Assembly: GCA_002269645.1 (NCBI GenBank) | Contig: NIVC01000168.1 | Coordinates: forward strand, 661,297 to 725,296 | DNA from: Macrostomum lignano | Taxonomy: Eukaryota | Reading direction: 5' to 3' | DNA length: 64,000 nucleotides | Part shown: piece after piece, positions 60,067-64,000 of the stretch | Position numbering within the stretch: the first letter of the stretch is position 1 | Layout: each line of letters begins with the position of its first letter | Program-made: the position numbers and the translations under genes | Notes under the pieces: model-generated | The model's database searches: none | Seen by the model: only the letters and a program-made list of their open reading frames with translations | Told to the model about the DNA's origin: nothing

Positions 60067-61308
60067 ATGATGGCGACTCAATTGAGACACCGGCTCAGTC
60101 GGCCACCGCTTCCTTTTGAGATCATTAAGTTAACATAAAATCACCATTTTCCCATGTATCCTGTCTCAAGAAGCCCCCTTGGTGGATGGTCACTAGAGGC
60201 TTTTCTTTACTCTTTAGGATCCCAACAACCAGCTTTTACCTTAGCCTGTCGAGCTGGTTTAGCTATTTAACTAGTCGTTTCTTTTACAGAATCCCTAAAT
60301 CTTAAAATACATAACGCAAGCTTCGAGCTACTTACGAGTAGACAATGAAAACCCTCTGAACACTATTAGATACGTGCTGAGTGCGTCGAGATCCACGGCT
60401 TCCGTACAAATACCGTAGGGCCCATTCTACTGCAGTTTCTCCAACAGAACATTTTAGACCTCGGATCTGCATACACGAGTAAAAGTTATATGAGACACTC
60501 TATAAAATCCCTGCAAGAATCGGAAAAACCTGTACGAGCGCCATTTTAGGAGCCATGCAAAAAAATTAATTGAAGAAGGCAAAAGACATTGCAGTTATTT
60601 ATTACAAGAGCTTTTTACTTTGGGCTGGCTACTTGATTAAAGCTAAAAAAAGCGACTACGGTCGTTTTGATGCAAGTTTTACATGTACTTGTATTTTACA
60701 TGAACGAAAAACTATATTAGAAGAATTGAATAAAAACGAGAGACACTGTGGCGTTGTCAGTTGAGGAGGTGGCCCCGACAAGGGCCGTTTTAGCGAAAAC
60801 AGTGCCCTTCTATAATATTGCTAATTTGATGTCATTTTTCGCCATTTAGATGGTCTCGTACTCTAACGACTGCTTATAGTAATGCCCAAGGAATTTTAAA
60901 AAACATTGCGCGACGTTCGTAAAGCCTATGTACAATGCGATCGATAATTTCTGTTTTCAAGTTGGGCGCCCGGGGTTAGAGGTTTTCCGGCCCACGCTCT
61001 CTCTCTCCCTCCCCGCCACTGCCAAGTCAGGGACTTCTTAAGCTTGCACCGGGACACGCAAGGTATGGCCATGAGTCTCGGTTTCCCTGCAAGATGAGGC
61101 CGGTTTTTACAGAGGGCAGGGAGGAAATGCACAGACTTGCTTTGCTGCTTGCTTATATACTTCGAATAATAGAAGGAACTGGAGCTTCCTCCAAAGTTTT
61201 CAACAGCAAATTTTTCTCAGTCCTTCCTCGATCCGTATTTATTTTGCCCTTACAGAAATTATATTTTTAGTGAACTTATATTTGCATTAAAAAGTATTAA
61301 ATTTAAGC

Positions 61309-64000
61309 ATGGTCAACAAGTGCTCTGCAGTCGGCTGCAAAAGTGGATACACAAGTTTTGCAACTGCTGAAACTGTTACATTCCATTCTTTTCCACTGAG
61401 CGACCCAGACTTGCTAGAAAAGTGGAAGAAATCGATTCCCAATCAAAACTTGGAGCCAACGAAGTACATGCGAATTTGCTCATTGCACTTTTCGGAGCAA
61501 GATTTCGTTGAAACGTCTCGGGACTCCTTTGGCACCTGGCGCAAGAGGGACAGCAGCACGCTTAAAAAGCGATATCTGAAGCCCGATGCTGTGCCTACGA
61601 TTTTTCCGAATGCACCAAAGTATCTGTCAACGCCTCGACAACCGGCGCGAACTACGTGTGCAGCGACATCCTCTGCTCGACTCGACTTGGACAATATGCG
61701 TCTTCAGAGTGAGATCGAAGACTCAATTCTCGATCGCACACCCGTGGAGATTCAGGAGTTGCTCGATGCAGAGCAGAGCCGACCTGCTGGATTTCACACC
61801 AGCATCTGCGACGGCCAGTTGTGTATTTACATGCTGGATGTGAAGCCAGTCTGCCGGATTGCTTGTTCCATCTGCATTGACTCCGATCATAAAGTCTCTG
61901 TCGGTATCAACGGCTCCCCGCTGTCGAAGGACAAGGTGACCGATTTTGCTGGTACCGAAGGCGTGATTTCTATTATTAGTGCGCTGCTGAATCTTATGGC
62001 AAAGGTAAAGAACTGGAAGGAAAGCACTAATCTGTCTGAGTCGCCCGAGCAGGCTAACGGCTTCCTCGACTTGGCAGAGGATAGCCTAACAAATGTGCTC
62101 GAACGGAAAGAAGACAGATCTGTGGCATTTCTTCTGGAGCAGCTGCAGCTCAGTAGGACTAAAAAGGCAGCAAGAGTCTACTCTCAAGAGCTAATAGTTC
62201 TAAGCTATATGATTTGCTCCATCAGCACCTCCGCTTACAATGCTCTGCGTGAGCAAGAAGTTCTTCCCCTCCCGTCAGTGAGAACGCTGCAAAATGTCAC
62301 CAGACGAGTTGGACGGGATGGATTGAGTAGCCACGGCTACCTGCGCCTTCGAGCAAGTAAGCTGACTCAGATGGAGAAGGTGGTGCTGCTAATGGTGGAT
62401 GAGATTTACATAAGCCAACCGAATCCAATACTGCGCCGGGCAAGTACGCGGAGTCGATGAATGCGGAGCGATTGCTACAACGTACTGCTGCGTCATGATT
62501 AAGTCCATTGCTGGGAAGTACAAGGACATGGAGCAATGCATGCTGTGGCCAACTTAACAGCCAAGAAGCTTCACACTTGGTTTCAAGATGTGATGGAACT
62601 GCTGCGAGCTTTGCATTTTACTGTGATTGCCGTCTCACTTGACAATGCTGCAGTCAATCGTAAATTCGCCACTGACTACATCTGCGACGGAGAGCTCAAG
62701 ACCTCGGTCATAGACAAAACCCCGGGTCAGCCGATGTTCGTTTTCTTCGATCCTGTGCACAACCTCAAGAACATCTACAACAATTTCCAAGTCAGAAAAA
62801 ACTTCCAATGTCCCGCCTTTCCACCTGTTTTGCTGCGCACTTGTGAGGCACAGTTTCAGCAAATCACTGATCTGTAGAATATCGAAGCCTGCAAAACAGT
62901 GCGACTGTTTCACAAGTTGAGTCCAACTGTAATCAGCCCCCGAAGCATTGAAAAATCATCCGCGAAGTTGGCAGCGGCGGTTTTAGCGAGTCAACACGCG
63001 ACGCGCTCAAGTACTACTCCGATCACGAATGAAAGGACTGGACCGACACCGCAGAAAATTCATCGGCGCTGTGCTTAAGCTCTGGAAAATTCTTAATGTC
63101 AAGACGGTATCAAAAGGCCGGCGAAAGCGCGACATAAATCAGGATCCTGTGCGGTCATCTCTCGACTGGAAGCTTCAGTATCTGGAGGAATTCAGCGAAT
63201 TTCTTCAGGTGAGGAAAAGAAGAGAACATAAGTGTACTTACAGTACAACCAAAATAGGCCAAGTAGAGTAGAGTAGGGTATATATACTTATATAGTATAG
63301 TTTACTTTAAATAACGGACGTCTTAGTATAGTAAAAGTATATGACAAGAAAAAGAAAAGCCAGTTTAAAATTCTTTTTCATTTCACACACATAATTTCAG
63401 TCTTGGGTAACTTCCGGCAGCCGCGGCTTGTCCAGGTAGACCTTCCTGGCTTGTCGCCATACCTGCCGAGCTATCGCTGCCTTTGCGAGGCACCTTCTGG
63501 ACCGTGAAGACTTTTCCTACGTCCTACTCGGCGCCCTGCAGTCCGACAGCATCGAGCACAGATTTGGTTGGCTTCGCCAGATGTCTGGAGCGAACTATTT
63601 CATCTCGGCCAGGCAGCTCTCCGAGAGCAACCGAAAGATCGCAGCTATCAGTTGCTCAAGTTCTCGCAGTTTTCGCTCCACGATATTGACCGTGCAATCG
63701 CTGAGTCGACTTATTTTCCTGATGTTGAGTCCAACATGAAGAAACTGGCTCAGGAGATGGCAGCAAAAATGGAGATGACTTTTCAGCCCGGAGAATCCGA
63801 CTGCACTGTCATCTACTACATGAGCGGCTGCATCGCAAAGAAGCTTCTGCAGAACAGGCGTGGCTGCGAGTCCTGCCGGGAGCTTCTGCTTGAGTCAGAT
63901 GTTCTGCCTCCTCTTGAAGCAGATGCTCCGGTCCAGTCCGCTGCCTCCAATTTTATTGACGAGATCAATCGCGGCGGGTTGTCCAAGCCGGCTGCAATTG
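61309..64000 (+). pseudogene. Decayed THAP-domain P-element (THAP9-like) transposase, truncated by window end
   Basis: THAP domain (CSAVGC...FHSFP...W...ICSLHF...LKPDAVPTIF). Transposase motifs SAYNALR...LPSVRTL, LMVDEIYI, SLDNAAVN, FDPVHNLKNIYNN, LQSDSIEHRFGWLRQMSGAN, YYMSGCIAKK, INRGGLSKP. Frameshifts near 62420 and 62535, in-frame stops at 62875 and about 63437, and a GT-AG intron at 63209-63400. Confidence 0.88.

Overview
Metazoan genomic DNA with spliceosomal GT-AG introns, GC-rich exons and AT-rich spacers. Most long introns contain a minisatellite. This pattern is reminiscent of a Macrostomum-type flatworm genome, which is inference only. Supported genes: (1) a single-exon signal-peptide/LRR/TM receptor (minus, 3520-5190); (2) 3' exons of an unknown plus-strand gene (9336-11259); (3) an 11-exon KIAA0825 orthologue (plus, 13649-21321, about 1369 aa); (4) an FCHO/SGIP1-family F-BAR + mu-homology endocytic adaptor (minus, 29886-36755) whose 5' exons are frameshifted; (5) the highlight, a roughly 3400-aa protein in which an 8.1-kb ankyrin-repeat exon (about 75-80 repeats) splices in frame, through two phase-compatible GT-AG introns, to a cGAS-like (cGLR/Mab-21) nucleotidyltransferase with an intact GS...DxD...D motif (minus, 41024 to about 54810); and (6) a decayed THAP/P-element transposase running off the right end. 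Repeats include tRNA-derived SINEs (one split by a 4.3-kb CAC...GTG TIR element), a candidate solo LTR with a dense AP-1/CRE/MEF2/TATA cluster, LINE and MULE-like remnants, and more than 15 tandem arrays that explain most of the spurious long ORFs. All homology calls come from recalled motifs and manual translation; no database search was run.
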